From: Escherichia coli
Lineage (GTDB): Bacteria > Pseudomonadota > Gammaproteobacteria > Enterobacterales > Enterobacteriaceae
Assembly: GCF_965641715.1 (NCBI RefSeq)
Contig: NZ_OZ282453.1
Length of the DNA stretch: 64,000 nt
Direction: 5' to 3' (one strand)
Shown here: positions 63,201-64,000 of the stretch, piece after piece
Numbering within the stretch: the stretch's first letter is position 1
Layout of the letters: every line of letters starts with the position of its first letter
Notes under the pieces: model-generated
Told to the model about the DNA's origin: nothing
The model's input: the letters and a program-made list of their open reading frames with translations, nothing else
Database searches by the model: none
Program-made: the position numbers and the translations under genes

Positions 63201-63549
63201 GGTTATACCACGGCAGCAATTTACGTAGCAGCACTGCCCCGACCACGGCTTCAACAATATTGATGGTCGTCCAGGTCATGTTCAGCGAGCTGGTGGAAAA
63301 AAGCAGGATGGATGCGGCGATATTTCCCAGCGAACAGCTCAGCGCAATTCCCGGCCACATGCGCCCGGCATGGCGATAAAACGCCACCATCATGATGGAC
63401 GTCGGGAACCACAGTGGGGCGAGTTGGGTGCCAAACTGCGAAAGCTCAAGCGAGAAAAGGGTAAAGATAAACGAGACTAAACCTAAACTGACCAGGTGAA
63501 GCAGCGGGTGGGGCAGGGCAATTAATACATGCTGTGATTGTTTGCTCAT
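60232..63549 (-). CDS. dgcE: Diguanylate cyclase DgcE (YegE): MASE1 membrane domain, PAS domains, GGDEF, degenerate EAL
   Basis: 1105 aa; GGDEFG motif present; synteny udk-yegE-alkA. Confidence 0.9.
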   Translation of the reverse strand: MSKQSQHVLIALPHPLLHLVSLGLVSFIFTLFSLELSQFGTQLAPLWFPTSIMMVAFYRHAGRMWPGIALSCSLGNIAASILLFSTSSLNMTWTTINIVEAVVGAVLLRKLLPWYNPLQNLADWLRLAFGSAIVPPLLGGVLVVLLTPGDDPLKAFLIWVLSESIGALALVPLGLLFKPHYLLRHRNPRLLFESLLTLAITLTLSWLSMLYLPWPFTFIIVLLMWSAVRLPRMEAFLIFLTTVMMVSLMMAADPSLLATPRTYLMSHMPWLPFLLILLPANIMTMVMYAFRAERKHISESETRFRNAMEYSAIGMALVGTEGQWLQSNKALCQFLGYSQEELRGLTFQQLTWPEDLNKDLQQVEKLISGEINTYSMEKRYYNRNGDVVWALLAVSLVRHTDGTPLYFIAQIEDINELKRTEQVNQQLMERITLANEAGGIGIWEWELKPNIFSWDKRMFELYEIPPHIKPNWQVWYECVLPEDRQHAEKVIRDSLQSRSPFKLEFRIAVKDGIRHIRALANRVLNKEGEVERLLGINMDMTEVKQLNEALFQEKERLHITLDSIGEAVVCIDMAMKITFMNPVAEKMSGWTQEEALGVPLLTVLHITFGDNGPLMENIYSADTSRSAIEQDVVLHCRSGGSYDVHYSITPLSTLDGSNIGSVLVIQDVTESRKMLRQLSYSASHDALTHLANRASFEKQLRILLQTVNSTHQRHALVFIDLDRFKAVNDSAGHAAGDALLRELASLMLSMLRSSDVLARLGGDEFGLLLPDCNVESARFIATRIISAVNDYHFIWEGRVHRVGASAGITLIDDNNHQAAEVMSQADIACYASKNGGRGRVTVYEPQQAAAHSERAAMSLDEQWRMIKENQLMMLAHGVASPRIPEARNLWLISLKLWSCEGEIIDEQTFRRSFSDPALSHALDRRVFHEFFQQAAKAVASKGISIALPLSVAGLSSAMLVNDLLEQLENSPLPPRLLHLIIPAEAILDHAESVQKLRLGGCRIIFSQVGRDLQIFNSLKANMADYLLLDDELCANVQGNLMDEMLITIIQGHAQRLGMKTIAGPVVLPLVMDTLSGIGVDLIYGNVIADAQPLDLLVNSSYFAIN

Positions 63550-63866
63550 TACCGCTTTATCCGCAAGGCCAGGTCGCCAGTATTCGTTTCTGTGTTTATG
63601 CTAGTACAAAAGTTTTACATTTTATATGCGAATTGCTCATAAAGTGACGTAAAGGCGGATAATTTGCGCAACTGCGTATAACATTTTTTACCTTACATAA
63701 AACTAATCAACGTAATTTGCCACCGGGAATTCTTTGTCAACAATTAACTCTGAGCGCGCGGCAACGCTATTCGACTGGTATCAGGCGGATGAAATCCCTA
63801 TAATTGCCGCGTTTGGCGCTTCGTCGCCCCCTTCCTAACATCCAGGTTAATCAGGTCGCTAAATAT

Positions 63867-64000
63867 ATGACTGATCAGTCTCATCAGTGCGTCATTATCG
63901 GTATCGCTGGCGCATCGGCTTCCGGCAAGAGTCTTATTGCCAGTACCCTTTATCGTGAATTACGTGAGCAAGTCGGTGATGAACACATCGGCGTAATTCC
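63867..64000 (+). CDS. udk: Uridine kinase, 5' part only (truncated by window end)
   Basis: [44 protein letters not shown] with P-loop GASASGKS. Confidence 0.8.

Overview
This window is an Escherichia coli chromosomal segment, reverse-complemented relative to the usual K-12 map, running gatZABCD-gatR, yegS, yegR, a complete ~32 kb P2-like prophage, cyaR, yegQ, a parDE-like pair, yegP, baeSR, mdtDCBA, a four-unit ibs/sib array, yegLKI, yegD, alkA, dgcE(yegE) and the start of udk. Gene identities come from reading the ORF translations against remembered E. coli and phage P2 proteins; no database search was run. The prophage (about 6996..38983) sits at the 3' end of cyaR, bounded by a 22-bp direct repeat matching the P2 att core as I recall it, and has a full P2 gene order. 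It carries three AT-rich cargo loci that stand out against the GC-rich backbone. (1) Between replication gene A and portal gene Q lies a tightly coupled two-gene operon: an OLD/AAA_21-like ABC ATPase (13534..15090) and a 370-aa partner (15093..16205) with a Toprim-like signature. This is the best candidate for an undescribed or divergent anti-phage system (split-OLD / PARIS-like). (2) Between tail genes S and V is a 250-aa minus-strand protein with a PD-(D/E)xK-like motif. (3) Between ogr and attR is a trypsin-like serine protease with a C-terminal SEC-C zinc motif, bracketed by duplicated terminator hairpins. Outside the prophage, a ParD/ParE-like pair lies between yegQ and yegP, the ibs/sib locus has four tandem units, and gatR is intact.
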